64,000 bases of DNA from an uncultured Actinomycetes bacterium (lineage in GTDB: Bacteria > Actinomycetota > Thermoleophilia > Solirubrobacterales > 70-9): NCBI GenBank assembly GCA_963721215.1, contig CAVRIF010000001.1, forward strand, positions 31,123-95,122, given 5' to 3'. A program made the translations under genes and the position numbers. Shown here piece after piece: positions 51,640 to 61,833 of the stretch. How positions within the stretch are numbered: the first letter of the stretch is position 1; the number at the start of each line of letters is the position of its first letter. The notes beneath the pieces were generated by a model, which was not told the DNA's origin, searched no databases, and saw only the letters and a list, made by a program, of their open reading frames with translations.

Positions 51640-53286
51640 TCAGCCTGCGGGCGTCGCGGTCCGCTCATCGGGCCGGGCAGCTCCGTCGCGCTCCGGCACG
51701 AAGGACATCGCCCGTTCGGCGAGGGCGGTGATCGTAAGGCTCGGGTTGACGCCCGGATTGGCTGGGACTGCGGCTCCGTCGCAGACCAGCAGGTTGGCGT
51801 AGCCGAAGACCCGGTTGCGGGCGTCCACGACGCCGGTGGAGGGATCTGTGCCAATCACGGCGCCGCCGAGGATGTGGGCGGTGGTGGGGATGTTCAGCAT
51901 CGACTCGGTGAGCGCACTCTGCGGAATGCCCCCTGTGTGCTCCGCGAACCAGCGGGCGGCCCGCCCGGCCGCGGGGATGTAGGTGGGGTTGGGCCGCCTC
52001 GGATCCTGCTCCGTCTGGAGGCGCACGCGGCGCCCCCGCCGCCTTGGGTTCGCACGCAGGCGCATCGCGGTGTCCAGCGACTGCATTACCAGCAGGATCA
52101 CGGTCCGCTGCGACCACTTGCCGGGCCACAGCAGCCGGACGGTTTGGAGAGGGTGGCGAATCATCGCGGCCAGCCACTTCAGCGGCCGCGTGATCCGGGT
52201 CCCGGGTCCGGTCATGGTGGTGAACAGGCCGCTCATCGCGTCGCCGGCCCGCCCGTACGTGACCACCTCGATATGCGTGTCAGGATCGGGGTAGATGCTC
52301 GACGTGATGGCGACCGAGCGGGCGAAGTCGCGGCTGTCGTCGGGAGCGGTAACGGCCTGAATCGACTCCGAATTGGTCCGTACCAGGTACCCGAGCCGCG
52401 TCGAGAGGCGGGGGAGAGCCCCGCTGTGCTTGCAGTCGGCCAGCAGCTGGTTCGTGCCCAGCGCCCCCGCGGCGATCACAACGCCGCGGGCCGTCAGGGT
52501 GCGCTCGCGGCGTCGCAGCCACGCGCCTGGACGCACGGTGGTGACCGCGTAGCCGTCGGAGCCATCGGCCGCTTCCAGGGGGCGAACCTCGATCGCCTGC
52601 CGCTCGGGCAGGACCTCGGCGCCCAGCCGCTCCGCGAACCAGAGATAGTTCTTGACAAGGGTGTTCTTGGCGCCGTGCCGGCAGCCGACCATGCAGCTCC
52701 CACAGCGGATGCAGCCGGATCGCGGCGGCCCCTCGCCGCCGAAATAGGGGTCGGGGACCTGCTTGCCCGGCTCGCCGAAGAAGATCCCCACTCGCGTCGG
52801 CTTGAAGGTCTCGGCAACGCCGATCTGGGCGGCGTACGCGCGCAGCAGCTCGTCGGCCGGGGTCATGCCCTGGTACTCGGTGACGCCGAGCATGCGCTCG
52901 GCGGTGTCGTAGTAAGGCCGCAGCTCGTCCTCCCAGTCGGCAAGGCCGTCCCACTGGGGATCGGTGAAGAACGCGGGGCGCGCGCGGTAGAGGGTGTTCG
53001 CGTAGCCAAGGCTGCCACCCCCGACCCCGTTCCCGGAAACGATGAACACGTCCTTGAAGAAAGTCAGGCGGAAGATGCCCCGCAGGCCCAGGCGCGGCAA
53101 CCAGAAGTAGCGGCGCAGGTTCCAGGCCGAGTTGGCGAAATCGTCGTCGGCGAACCGGCTGCCGCACTCGACCACGCCCACCCGGTAGCCCCTTTCGGCG
53201 AGCCGCAGCGCCGAGACGCTGCCCCCGAAGCCCGAGCCGATCACGAGCCAGTCATAGTCGTGGCCTTGGGCCGGAGCGCCGGTCAT
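51640..53286 (-). CDS. GMC-family FAD-dependent oxidoreductase (cholesterol-oxidase-like)
   Basis: From ATG 53286: ...DYDWLVIGSGFGGSVSALRLAERGYRVGVVECG FAD-binding fold. C-terminal GMC region (HILGGAVIG...). Confidence 0.8.
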   Translation of the reverse strand: MTGAPAQGHDYDWLVIGSGFGGSVSALRLAERGYRVGVVECGSRFADDDFANSAWNLRRYFWLPRLGLRGIFRLTFFKDVFIVSGNGVGGGSLGYANTLYRARPAFFTDPQWDGLADWEDELRPYYDTAERMLGVTEYQGMTPADELLRAYAAQIGVAETFKPTRVGIFFGEPGKQVPDPYFGGEGPPRSGCIRCGSCMVGCRHGAKNTLVKNYLWFAERLGAEVLPERQAIEVRPLEAADGSDGYAVTTVRPGAWLRRRERTLTARGVVIAAGALGTNQLLADCKHSGALPRLSTRLGYLVRTNSESIQAVTAPDDSRDFARSVAITSSIYPDPDTHIEVVTYGRAGDAMSGLFTTMTGPGTRITRPLKWLAAMIRHPLQTVRLLWPGKWSQRTVILLVMQSLDTAMRLRANPRRRGRRVRLQTEQDPRRPNPTYIPAAGRAARWFAEHTGGIPQSALTESMLNIPTTAHILGGAVIGTDPSTGVVDARNRVFGYANLLVCDGAAVPANPGVNPSLTITALAERAMSFVPERDGAARPDERTATPAG

Positions 53287-53410
53287 GGCCCGCAGGATAG
53301 GCACCCGGGGATCACGGCTGGCCACCGACGCGGGCTGTCCGCTGGCGCGGGGGCATAGGATCCCGCCAGCCCGCCACGGCGGCATCGCGAGCACGAGGAG
53401 AGGAGAAGAG

Positions 53411-53827
53411 TTGGCCTATTTCAACGACGCCCAGGAGGTCTATGACACGCTCGGCAAGCTGTTCGTTGACCTCGCGGAGGACGAGGAGCTGGCGCCGAAG
53501 TTCCGCAAGGCGAACACGATCGTCCGCTACGAGTACCGCGAGCCCGAGTCCACGATCACCGTGCGCCTCCAGGAGGGCCAGCCGGGCGACGTCGACTTCG
53601 GCAAGTCCGAGATGGAGCCCGAGGTGGTGATGTCTATGGAGGCCGACACCGCGCACCGGTTCTGGCTTGGCAAGGTGAACGTCACCGTGGCGCTCGCGCG
53701 AGGCCAGATCAAGGCCAAGGGCCCGGTGGCCAAGATTCTCAAGCTGGTGCCGTTGACGAAGCCGGTCTTCCCCCGCTACAAGGCCCAACTCGAGTCCCAG
53801 GGCCGCTCAGATCTGATCGAGGCTTGA
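53411..53827 (+). CDS. SCP2 sterol-binding-domain protein
   Basis: From TTG 53411, preceded by AGGAGAAGAG. ...MEADTAHRFWLGKVNVTVALARGQIKAKGPVAKILKLVPL is typical of SCP-2 domain proteins. Confidence 0.7.
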   Translation: MAYFNDAQEVYDTLGKLFVDLAEDEELAPKFRKANTIVRYEYREPESTITVRLQEGQPGDVDFGKSEMEPEVVMSMEADTAHRFWLGKVNVTVALARGQIKAKGPVAKILKLVPLTKPVFPRYKAQLESQGRSDLIEA

Positions 53828-55020
53828 CCTTCAAGGACTTCTACCAGTTCGCCTCGCCCACGCGGATCGTCTCGGGACGTGAGCTGATTCCGAGCGCGGG
53901 CTTCGAGTTCGCAAAGGAGGGCGCCGAGCGCGTGCTGCTCGTCACCGACCGGGTGATCCGGGGCACCGGGTTGGTGGAGAAGGTCGAAAACGGGATCGCC
54001 GACGGCGGACTCGAGGTCGCGGGCGTCTTCGACGACGTCCCGCAGGACTCCGATACCGCGGTTGTGGTGAGGTGTGCTGAGCAGGCGAAGGATGAGGGCG
54101 CCGACAGCTTCCTGGCCGTCGGTGGAGGATCGGTGATCGACACCACCAAGGCCGCCGACGTGATCTTCAGCCACGGCGGCACGATTCCGGAGTGGGAGGG
54201 AGTCTTCGGGCTGCCGCGCGAACGCGACGGGATGGGAAGGCCGCTGCCGTTGGCGCCGCTGGGAGTCATTCCCACCACCGCGGGCACCGGCTCGGAGGCG
54301 AGCCCCGTGGCCGTGATCAAGGACTCCGAACGGGGCATCAAGTTCGTAGTCCTCGACTTCCCGCTGGCCCCGGACCTGGCGATCCTGGACCCCGAGTCCA
54401 CGGCGACCCTGCCGGCGCCGATCGCGGCGGCGACCGGAATGGACGCGCTCACGCACGCGATCGAGGGTGTGACCTCGACCGAGTGGAGCCCGCATGGAGA
54501 CGCCTACGCGCTTCACGCGATCCGGCTGATCCGCGACAACCTGGAGCGCGCCGTCGTCGACACCTCGGATGAGGAGGCCCGCGGCAACATGCTGGTTGCC
54601 GCGAACCTGGCGATCGCCCCCACCGGGTTCGGCGCGACCGGCGTCACCCACTCGATGTCGCACCCGTGCGGGGCCCGCTACGGCGTTCCACACGGGGTTG
54701 CGAACGCGATCAACCTGCCGCCGGTGATCGAGTTCAACGCCGTGGCCAGTGAAGAGGTGGCGGACCAGTTCCGCACTGCCGCCGAGCTTCTCGGGGTGGA
54801 TGCCCGTGGCGAGGGCGAGCAGGTTGGCCGGGCGCTCGCCGATCATGTCCGGGACCTGAGAACGAGCCTCGGCCTACCCGGCCGCCTGTCGGAGGTCGGT
54901 GTCCCGGAGCAGGGCATACCCCAGCTCGCCGAGGATGCGATGGGCGAGGGGTCGACGCTGGTCAATCCGCGCGAGCCGAGCGCTGAGGACTTCGTCGAGC
55001 TGTTCCATCGAGCGCTGTGA
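53824..55020 (+). CDS. iron-containing alcohol dehydrogenase
   Basis: AVGGGSVIDTTKA, GTGSE, and His-rich metal-site blocks (ALTHAIE, HSMSHPCG). Confidence 0.88.
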   Translation: MTFKDFYQFASPTRIVSGRELIPSAGFEFAKEGAERVLLVTDRVIRGTGLVEKVENGIADGGLEVAGVFDDVPQDSDTAVVVRCAEQAKDEGADSFLAVGGGSVIDTTKAADVIFSHGGTIPEWEGVFGLPRERDGMGRPLPLAPLGVIPTTAGTGSEASPVAVIKDSERGIKFVVLDFPLAPDLAILDPESTATLPAPIAAATGMDALTHAIEGVTSTEWSPHGDAYALHAIRLIRDNLERAVVDTSDEEARGNMLVAANLAIAPTGFGATGVTHSMSHPCGARYGVPHGVANAINLPPVIEFNAVASEEVADQFRTAAELLGVDARGEGEQVGRALADHVRDLRTSLGLPGRLSEVGVPEQGIPQLAEDAMGEGSTLVNPREPSAEDFVELFHRAL

Positions 55021-55050
55021 TGGCTGCCACCAGCGGGCTCGCCGGCTGAC

Positions 55051-55731
55051 GTGAGCGCCAGCGACGAAGCCCGGGCCTGGGCCGAGGCCGTGCAGGCGGT
55101 CGCGAGGGATCGCGACCTCGTCTACGAGCCGGTTGGTGGCATCAACCCGGTCGGGGGGCCGGTGGCGCTCTGTCCTGGCGGGACCAACCGGGTCACGGGG
55201 CAGCTGGCGGAGGGCTTCTGGGGCGCATCCTGCGACGCCGATGAGCGCGAGGAGGGAGGGCTGTTCTCGAAGGCCGTGCTTCCCGGTGCAGTGCTGGCCA
55301 AGTCGCACGTTCCCGACCTGGCGAAGGTGATGCCGCCCTTCAACGTCGAGTCGATCGAGCGCCGTCCGGACGAGCTGGTGATGCAACGCGCCTCTCGCCG
55401 GAAGGTCGAGTTCGAGAGCCTGGACTTCAACCGGCGCTTCCTGGCGACCGTGCCGAGCGAGTACGACCCGGTCGCGTTGCGGGAGGTCTTCAGCCCCGCG
55501 TTCCTGGAGTGGGTGACGACGATCGACAACGAGATCGACTTCGGCGTCTCCGAGCAGCAGCTGTGGTTCCTTTGGCGACTCGGTGAGCGCAGCCGCGACC
55601 AGCTCGACGCCGCGCTCGACAACGGCGGCGCGCTTTTCAAGCAAGTCTGCAAGGAGGTGGAGGAGTCGGGGGTCCACACCTATCCGGCGGGTCCCTGGCA
55701 CGCCGGGCTGGAGCCCTTCCCTAAGACATAA
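55051..55731 (+). CDS. hypothetical protein
   Basis: 226-aa ORF with GC3-rich codon pattern. No motif recognised. Confidence 0.5.
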   Translation: MSASDEARAWAEAVQAVARDRDLVYEPVGGINPVGGPVALCPGGTNRVTGQLAEGFWGASCDADEREEGGLFSKAVLPGAVLAKSHVPDLAKVMPPFNVESIERRPDELVMQRASRRKVEFESLDFNRRFLATVPSEYDPVALREVFSPAFLEWVTTIDNEIDFGVSEQQLWFLWRLGERSRDQLDAALDNGGALFKQVCKEVEESGVHTYPAGPWHAGLEPFPKT

Positions 55732-55733
55732 CT

Positions 55734-55831
55734 CCGCCGGAAGCCTCGGCCTTCGGCCTACGTTTCCGGCGGGTTTGACGCGGGCGGGGCGGCAGGTTCA
55801 CTCGCGTGACCCGCGACTTCGTCGCTAGCCC
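55734..55831 (-). repeat. structured repeat, copy H (intergenic, inverted orientation)
   Basis: The reverse complement reads GGGCTAGCGACGAAGTCGCGGGTCACGCGAGTGAACCTGCCGCCCCGCCCGCGTCAAACCCGCCGGAAACGTAGGCCGAAGGCCGAGGCTTCCGGCGG. It begins 2 nt after the TAA of ORF 55051-55731. Confidence 0.9.
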
Positions 55832-55863
55832 GAGCGGCCCCACCTTGGTTCTCGGCTCTGTCC

Positions 55864-56829
55864 CTAGTTGGAACGCGACTTGAGCTCGCGGCGGGCTGTG
55901 CGGTAGAAGCGGAGGGACCTGCGCATGGTGCTTCGGTACCTGCCCAGCACGCCCTTGTTCGGGAGCTCCAAGCCTCCCACGAGCTTATGCGGCGCGAGCG
56001 CCCAGCCCGCGCCCCTTCGTATGAGGTCGCCGCGGACCTGGAAGTTCTCGCGCCAGTTGAAGTCGGCGTCGTGGCTGTGCGCCGTTAGGCAGGCGAGGCC
56101 CTCGGCCAAAGGCAGGCCTGCCGGCTGGGTATCGAGGAGGATCTGGCGGGAGCCGGCGTCGAGGCTCACCGGGACGCGCACGGCGAGCGGGAAGCCATCA
56201 GGGGCGACCAAGGCGAGCACGGCAGTCGCATAGCGCCGACCCAACTGCTCGATTCGCTCGTCCCATGCCAGGGCCCCGCCGCTGGGGGGCTCGTGCGCCT
56301 CGAGCGGCTCCTCACTGTGGCCCGAGCGGACCTCTTCCATGTGCGAGCCATGCATCTGTGGCGGCTTCGTGGGCTCTCCCGCCGGCCACACGAACACGCG
56401 CTCGGGGCGAACCTTGATGTAGATGCGGTTGACGTACCACGCGAACGCGCCGTGCAGGATGCGCGGCACCCGCACCCCCCTCGCGCTTCCCAGCTTGACT
56501 GCCGACTCACGCTCGTAGCGTTCGAGGTTCGCCGCTAGATCGCGGTCGTCAACCTTGGCGGTGCCCTGGACGAGCACCTGGATGCCGCTCTCGATCCCGG
56601 AGCCGGTCGGGTCGGAGAACAGGAGCGCTACATGGGGGTTGCGGCGGGCATCGTCGGCCTTCTTCGGGTAGCCCAGCCCGGTGGTGGTGTCGATAGTTTG
56701 GGCTCCGGGCGAGTAGTACGGCGTCACCGGCCAAACGATCGGCTGCTGTCGGGCGTCGATGGTGGTGAACTCGCAGGTGACGAAGCGCTCGAAGGCGTCG
56801 CGGACCTCCTGTGGCAGGGTGGCGGTCAT
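55864..56829 (-). CDS. pyridoxamine 5'-phosphate oxidase-like (split-barrel flavin-binding) two-domain protein
   Basis: From ATG 56829: MTATLPQEVRDAFERFVTCEFTTIDARQQPIVWPVTPYY...NPHVALLFSD. The track ORF is trimmed because its 5' part overlaps the NUDIX gene. Confidence 0.6.
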   Translation of the reverse strand: MTATLPQEVRDAFERFVTCEFTTIDARQQPIVWPVTPYYSPGAQTIDTTTGLGYPKKADDARRNPHVALLFSDPTGSGIESGIQVLVQGTAKVDDRDLAANLERYERESAVKLGSARGVRVPRILHGAFAWYVNRIYIKVRPERVFVWPAGEPTKPPQMHGSHMEEVRSGHSEEPLEAHEPPSGGALAWDERIEQLGRRYATAVLALVAPDGFPLAVRVPVSLDAGSRQILLDTQPAGLPLAEGLACLTAHSHDADFNWRENFQVRGDLIRRGAGWALAPHKLVGGLELPNKGVLGRYRSTMRRSLRFYRTARRELKSRSN

Positions 56830-56882
56830 AGGAGCGAAACATAGCCCGCCCGTTCGCCCGGTCGGCTCTCGCGTCCACAGGA

Positions 56883-57512
56883 TCAGTACCCGGGCTCGCC
56901 GGGCAGGACCACGCGTCGCCCCTCTCCCTCGCCGACGACGCGCGGCAGAATCGGTTCGATCCGGCGCCCGCGTGCGGCGGCCAGTACCTCCTCGGCGCTC
57001 GAGTTGGGGAGCAGCGCCTCGAGGTGCTTGATGGTCGGGAAGACCAACGACAGCTCGCCGGCCGCGTGGCGGTCGAGCGCCTCGCGAGGCGAGATCCAGG
57101 CGGCCTCGGTGGTCTCGGCTCCGTCGGGGCGTGGCGGCGAGTGGGGTGGCGCGAGCGTGACATAGAAGCGGGTGTCGAAGCGAACCGGCACGATTTCGGG
57201 AGTGATCCATCGCGACCAGGGGAGCAGCTCGGCGTCGGCGGCCAGCTCGATTCCGGCCTCCTCGCGGAGCTCCCGCACCGCGCAGGCCCGGTGCGCGAGC
57301 TCCTCGCCGTCGGTCGCGCTGCCCGCTTCGACCTCGGGCGCCACGGACTCGTCGGCCTCCACCACGCCGCCCGGGAACACCCAGACGCCGGGCATGAAGG
57401 TCGCCTCGAGGCTGCGCCGCACGAGCAGGAGCTCGACCCCGTGTTGGCGGTGCTTGCCGCCCCGGCGCAGCAGGATCAGCGAGGCGGCGGGGCGGGGGGC
57501 TGCCGGGACCAT
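56883..57512 (-). CDS. NUDIX hydrolase
   Basis: Nudix box GGVVEADES...AHRACAVRELREEAGIEL. Confidence 0.8.
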   Translation of the reverse strand: MVPAAPRPAASLILLRRGGKHRQHGVELLLVRRSLEATFMPGVWVFPGGVVEADESVAPEVEAGSATDGEELAHRACAVRELREEAGIELAADAELLPWSRWITPEIVPVRFDTRFYVTLAPPHSPPRPDGAETTEAAWISPREALDRHAAGELSLVFPTIKHLEALLPNSSAEEVLAAARGRRIEPILPRVVGEGEGRRVVLPGEPGY

Positions 57513-57582
57513 CTCGCCTCAACACTAGTGGTGATTTCCGGAAGTACGGCGCCGCCCACGGGTTTGGGTAAGCTGGCGCGCG

Positions 57583-57768
57583 ATGCCCACCGAAACCCAG
57601 ACTGTTCAGCTCTGGATCTGCACGTCCTGCGGCTTCATCTACGACCCGGAGGAGGGCGATCCTGACGGCGGCATCCCGCCGGGCACCCCCTTCGAGCAGA
57701 TCCCAGACGACTGGTTCTGCCCAGTTTGCGGCGCCCGCAAGGCGGACTTCGAGCCTTACGAGGAGTAG
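57583..57768 (+). CDS. rubredoxin
   Basis: [47 protein letters not shown], with two CxxCG knuckles. Confidence 0.93.
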   Translation: MPTETQTVQLWICTSCGFIYDPEEGDPDGGIPPGTPFEQIPDDWFCPVCGARKADFEPYEE

Positions 57769-57817
57769 TAGCGGGCTGGCGCCGCGGTCGCGGTAGTTGC
57801 GGAGGTGGGGCTGGCCC

Positions 57818-57916
57818 GGGCTAGGGACAAGGTCCCGGTAGTGGCGTGTGGACCTGCCGGGTGAGGCTGGGACCCTAGCCCGGCGGAAACGTAGGCGAAG
57901 CCGAGGCTTCCGCCGG
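57818..57916 (+). repeat. structured repeat, copy I (intergenic)
   Basis: GGGCTAGGGACAAGGTCCCGGTAGTGGCGTGTGGACCTGCCGGGTGAGGCTGGGACCCTAGCCCGGCGGAAACGTAGGCGAAGCCGAGGCTTCCGCCGG. A fragment GTCGCGGTAGTTGCG, matching copy G, lies just upstream (57787-57801). Confidence 0.85.
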
Positions 57917-57924
57917 AGTTGTTC

Positions 57925-59115
57925 CTAGATTTGGTCGAGGGCCCGCTCGCGCCGCAGGCGCTCCAGGGCTCGGGCGCCCAGCCAGATCAGCGCCGCCAGG
58001 ATCGCCAGCGGGCCGAGAACGGCGGCGCTGACCAGTAGCACGCCGGCGGTCACAGAGAGGACCTTGCCGGCGTCGCTGACGGCGTCGCTGAGGCTCCACC
58101 CACCGGCGTCGCCGCCGTCGCTGAGGGTGCGGTCCGCGTCGATCGTGACGCTGACAGGCACCAGGCTCACACGCCGCTGGGCGGCGCCGAGGTCCTCCTC
58201 GGCCGCGGAGAGCTGCGCTTCGACGATCTCAAGGCGCCGCTTGATGCTCTCCTGCTCGGTCACAGTCACCGCCTCGGCGAGCTTGCGCAGCAGCCTCTGG
58301 CGCGTCTCCTCGAGCGCGGCGATCCGCTTCTGGGCCGATACGAACCGGCTCGTGATGTCCACTCGCCCGTCGGTTCGCGAGACGACGTGGCCGAGGTCCG
58401 AGAGATCGCCCAGGGCGGCGGACAGCTCACGGGCGGGGATCCGAAGAGTGAAGCTCGCGTGGCCGAGCTGTGAGCGCGGCGTGTCGGGATCGCCCCCGGA
58501 GACGCTCGAGCGCAGGACGTAGCCGCGGTGGTCGCGCACCACGTCGAGGACGCCGTCGGCCGCGGTCCGGAAGCGCTCGGGCGGGGTCGATAGCGCCAGG
58601 TCGACGCGTCGGGCGACCTTGCGCTTGGCGGGGGGAACGTTGCTGGCGCGCGCCGCGTCTGTCGAGCGGAGAAAGGCTTGTGACGCGGCCGGCGAGTTGG
58701 CGGTTGCCTCCTGCCCCGCTGCGGGTTGGTCGACCGGCTCCGGCACCGACTGCGGGCTGACGCCGCCATTGCCGCTTCCGATTTCGCTGCTTTGGCTGAT
58801 CGCCACGCCGACGAGTACCAGCAGCGTCGCCGCGGCTCCAGCCGGGGCGAGGATGCGGCGCGGCGGCGTTGCGGCCAGCCGCTTGCGCAACCCCGCGAGG
58901 CGGCCGGGGCGCGGGAATCCGTCCGCGACCCGCTGGTCGAGCTCAGCCGCGAAGCCGGGCTCGGCGCCGACTCGCTCCTCACGCATCTCCCGGGCCAGCT
59001 CGGCCAGGGGCTCGAGGTCCGGGTCGACCAACTCGCCGGCGAGCGCTCGGTCGATCGCCTCGAGCTCGCGCTCGACCTCGGGATCCAGCGGCATCTCGCG
59101 CTCACGCAGCCTCAT
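57925..59115 (-). CDS. DUF4349-like membrane protein, putative anti-sigma partner
   Basis: 396 aa, overlapping the sigma-factor stop. It has a central TM (ILAPAGAATLLVLVGVAI), a coiled-coil region and a C-terminal TM pair, as in DUF4349 proteins. The anti-sigma role is inferred from operon context only. Confidence 0.55.
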   Translation of the reverse strand: MRLREREMPLDPEVERELEAIDRALAGELVDPDLEPLAELAREMREERVGAEPGFAAELDQRVADGFPRPGRLAGLRKRLAATPPRRILAPAGAAATLLVLVGVAISQSSEIGSGNGGVSPQSVPEPVDQPAAGQEATANSPAASQAFLRSTDAARASNVPPAKRKVARRVDLALSTPPERFRTAADGVLDVVRDHRGYVLRSSVSGGDPDTPRSQLGHASFTLRIPARELSAALGDLSDLGHVVSRTDGRVDITSRFVSAQKRIAALEETRQRLLRKLAEAVTVTEQESIKRRLEIVEAQLSAAEEDLGAAQRRVSLVPVSVTIDADRTLSDGGDAGGWSLSDAVSDAGKVLSVTAGVLLVSAAVLGPLAILAALIWLGARALERLRRERALDQI

Positions 59116-59668
59116 CGCAGGCCCTCCTCAATTTCTCGATCACCCTGTGGAGTCGGCTGCCGGCATTCGTCTCCGAGATCCCGATCACGCGGGCAATCTC
59201 GGGGTTGGTGAGGCCGGCGAAGAACTTGAGCGCCACCAGTTCCCGCTCGCGTGGCGCCAGCGAGCCGAGCGCCGCGCGCAGCGTCGCGCGGCGGATAGCC
59301 ACCTCGGCCCCCTGCTCGGGTGGGATCGCCGCCTCGTCGACGGGATCGCCGACCAGCGCCGCCTGGCGCCGGCGGCGTCGCAGCTCGTCGAGCGCCGCGT
59401 TGCGGGCGATCCCGAACAGCCAGGCGCGCCGCGTTCCGCGCTTCGCGTTGAAGCTTCGGCGGCGCCGGTAGGCCCGCTCGAACGCCAGGGCGGTGACGTC
59501 CTCGGCTGCCGAGCGGTCGCGCAGCAACCCGGCGACGTACGCGTATACGTCGTCGCGATCTCGCCTGTAGAGCTGATCGAAGGCGACATCCGCGTCAGTC
59601 GGGATCTCGGTCGCCGCGGCGGCCACGGTCTCGTTCACGCCCCTACTACGTGCCGAAGCGGCCTTCAT
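59102..59668 (-). CDS. ECF-type RNA polymerase sigma-70 factor
   Basis: From ATG 59668: region 2 (FDQLYRRDRDDVYAYVAGLL...DVTALAFERAY) and region 4 HTH (RERELVALKFFAGLTNPEIARVIGISETNAGSRLHRV). Confidence 0.85.
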   Translation of the reverse strand: MKAASARSRGVNETVAAAATEIPTDADVAFDQLYRRDRDDVYAYVAGLLRDRSAAEDVTALAFERAYRRRRSFNAKRGTRRAWLFGIARNAALDELRRRRRQAALVGDPVDEAAIPPEQGAEVAIRRATLRAALGSLAPRERELVALKFFAGLTNPEIARVIGISETNAGSRLHRVIEKLRRACDEAA

Positions 59669-59726
59669 CACACCCAATATCGGCCCTGCGGGGCCGAGGC
59701 GCAACCCGCAGGGGGATGCTGACGCT

Positions 59727-61151
59727 CTAGGCGGCCTCGGCGAGCTCGACGCCTGGCCTCTCGCCGTACGTTGAGGCGTACGCGGCCAGGATCGACGCGG
59801 CGACCATGTCGACCAGGCGCTGGAGGTCGCGCTTGCCAATCGTCAGAGGCGGCATCAGGACGACGACGTCGCCGAGGGGGCGAATGATTGCCCCGCGCTG
59901 GCGCGCCTCGAGCGCCACTCGATGGCCAAGCCGAAGTGCCGGATCGTGCTGTCCAAGGTCGATGCCGGCCATGAAGCCCCTCCCGCGCACCTCGGCGACC
60001 TCGGGCAGCCTCGCCACCTCGCCCAGCAGCTCACCGAGCAGGCGGATCTTCGGTTGCAGACGAACCAGCGTGCCCTCGCGCTCGAAGGCATCGAGGTTTG
60101 CGAGCGCGGCGGCGCAGGCGAGCGGGTTGCCGGTGAAGGTATGCCCGTGGAAGAAGGTGCGGCTCTCCTCCGGAGCCCCGAGGAATCCCTCGTAGACGCG
60201 TTCGGTGGTCAGCGTCGCGGCGAGTGGCAGGTAGCCGCCGGTGAGTCCCTTGCCCAGGCAGAGGAAATCCGGCGCGACGCGTTCCTGCTCGCAGGCGAAC
60301 ATCGTCCCGGTGCGCCCGAAGCCGGTGGCGACCTCGTCGCAGATCAGCAGCACGTCGTGGCGCTCCGTGAGCTCGCGCACCCGACGCAGATACCCCGGGG
60401 GATGGACCCGGATCCCCGCCGCCCCCTGCACGAGCGGCTCGATGATCACCGCCGCGGTCTCCTCCGCGTGGAAGTCGAGCATGCGCTCGAGCTGCTCCAC
60501 GTCGCCGGCCTTCACCCGATGCGCCTGGAACAGGAGGGGGGAGTAGGCGGCATGGAAGAGGTCGATGCCGCCGACGGACACCGCGCCGAGTGTGTCGCCG
60601 TGGTAGGCGTCGCGCAGGCAGACGAAGGAGGTACGCCGCCGGTGCTGACCTCCCCGCTGCTGCCAGTACTGAAAGGCCATCTTGAGGGCGATCTCGGTCG
60701 CGCTCGAGCCGGAGTCCGAGTAGAACACGCGATCCAGCCCGGGCGGTGCGAGCTCGACCAGGCGCCCGGCCAGTTCGGCCGCGCCGCGGTGGGTGAGGCC
60801 GAGCATGGTCGAGTGGGCCACCCGGTCCAGCTGCTCCCGCACCGCCTCGTCGATCAGGGGGTGCCGATGGCCGTGGACGTTGCACCAAAGCGACGAGACG
60901 CCGTCGATGTAGCGCCGCCCCTCCGAGTCCACCAGCTCGGCGCCCTCGGCACGCTCGATCACGAGCGGATCCTCGCTACACCAGTCCCGCTGCTGGGTGA
61001 ACGGATGCCATAGATGGCGGTGGTCGAGCTCGCCGACTGCCGTGAAGGCAGTGCCGAGTGACGCCTGCCGATCCCTCATCTCAACCGACCATAGATGGAG
61101 GCGCGGCGGAACCGGCTTGCGCGACGGACGGGCAGAGATGGAGCAGCTCAA
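59727..61151 (-). CDS. bioA: adenosylmethionine-8-amino-7-oxononanoate aminotransferase
   Basis: HLWHPFTQQ, class-III aminotransferase blocks, LICDEVATGFGRTG PLP-lysine region. ATG 61151 overlaps the bioD stop (ATGA). The alternative start ATG 61079 fits homologue length better. Confidence 0.9.
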   Translation of the reverse strand: MSCSISARPSRKPVPPRLHLWSVEMRDRQASLGTAFTAVGELDHRHLWHPFTQQRDWCSEDPLVIERAEGAELVDSEGRRYIDGVSSLWCNVHGHRHPLIDEAVREQLDRVAHSTMLGLTHRGAAELAGRLVELAPPGLDRVFYSDSGSSATEIALKMAFQYWQQRGGQHRRRTSFVCLRDAYHGDTLGAVSVGGIDLFHAAYSPLLFQAHRVKAGDVEQLERMLDFHAEETAAVIIEPLVQGAAGIRVHPPGYLRRVRELTERHDVLLICDEVATGFGRTGTMFACEQERVAPDFLCLGKGLTGGYLPLAATLTTERVYEGFLGAPEESRTFFHGHTFTGNPLACAAALANLDAFEREGTLVRLQPKIRLLGELLGEVARLPEVAEVRGRGFMAGIDLGQHDPALRLGHRVALEARQRGAIIRPLGDVVVLMPPLTIGKRDLQRLVDMVAASILAAYASTYGERPGVELAEAA

Positions 61152-61801
61152 TCATCGGGCCTCAGAGGCGGCCAGGATTCGGGAGCACCGAGATCGAGCT
61201 CGGGCAAGGCCTCCACCTGAACCGAGCCCAGCCGCTCGATCGCCTCGCGATTGGAGCGTTCGATGACCGACGGGTCGCCGGGCCAGGGCGTGAGCACCAC
61301 CAGCGCGGGCTCCAGGCCGACCGCTCGCGCCGCCTCGATTGTCAACAGCGTGTGGTTGATCGTCCCCAGGCCGGGGTGCGCGGCGATCACCAGCGGCAGC
61401 CCGAGGTCGCGGGCGAAGTCACGGACCAGGTAACCGAGAGTCAGCGGCACCAGCAGCCCGCCCACCCCCTCGACCACCACAGCGTCCGCACGGTCTGAGG
61501 CGCTCCGCGCTGCTGCGAGCAGCCCCGCAGGATCGACTTGGGCGCCGGCCAGCTTTGCGCCCAGGTGAGGGGACACCGGCGGGCCGAACCGGTAGGGCGC
61601 GATTTCGTCGTCGGTCTGCGTCGAGCGGGCGGCCCGCCGAAGCAGCGCATGGTCCGGTTCCCCATCGTCTGCCAGACCGGTTACCGCGGGCTTGAAGACG
61701 GCGACCCCGGTCCCGGCGGCCACAAGCGAGCGCGCGATTACCGCGGCCACCACGGTCTTTCCAACTTCGGTGCCCGTGCCGGTGACGAAGAAGCCCCGCA
61801 T
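61148..61801 (-). CDS. bioD: dethiobiotin synthetase
   Basis: MRGFFVTGTGTEVGKTVV P-loop. It lies between bioF and bioA. Confidence 0.88.
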   Translation of the reverse strand: MRGFFVTGTGTEVGKTVVAAVIARSLVAAGTGVAVFKPAVTGLADDGEPDHALLRRAARSTQTDDEIAPYRFGPPVSPHLGAKLAGAQVDPAGLLAAARSASDRADAVVVEGVGGLLVPLTLGYLVRDFARDLGLPLVIAAHPGLGTINHTLLTIEAARAVGLEPALVVLTPWPGDPSVIERSNREAIERLGSVQVEALPELDLGAPESWPPLRPDD

Positions 61802-61833
61802 CTACACCGGCGGCCGCACGAAACAGCCTTTGA

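Noticed and set aside
56830-57525. The N-terminal 230 aa of the 553-aa - strand ORF 55864-57525.
   Set aside because: It overlaps the well-supported NUDIX gene in another frame and is Arg/Pro/Gly-rich. The PNPOx-like protein starts convincingly at ATG 56829.
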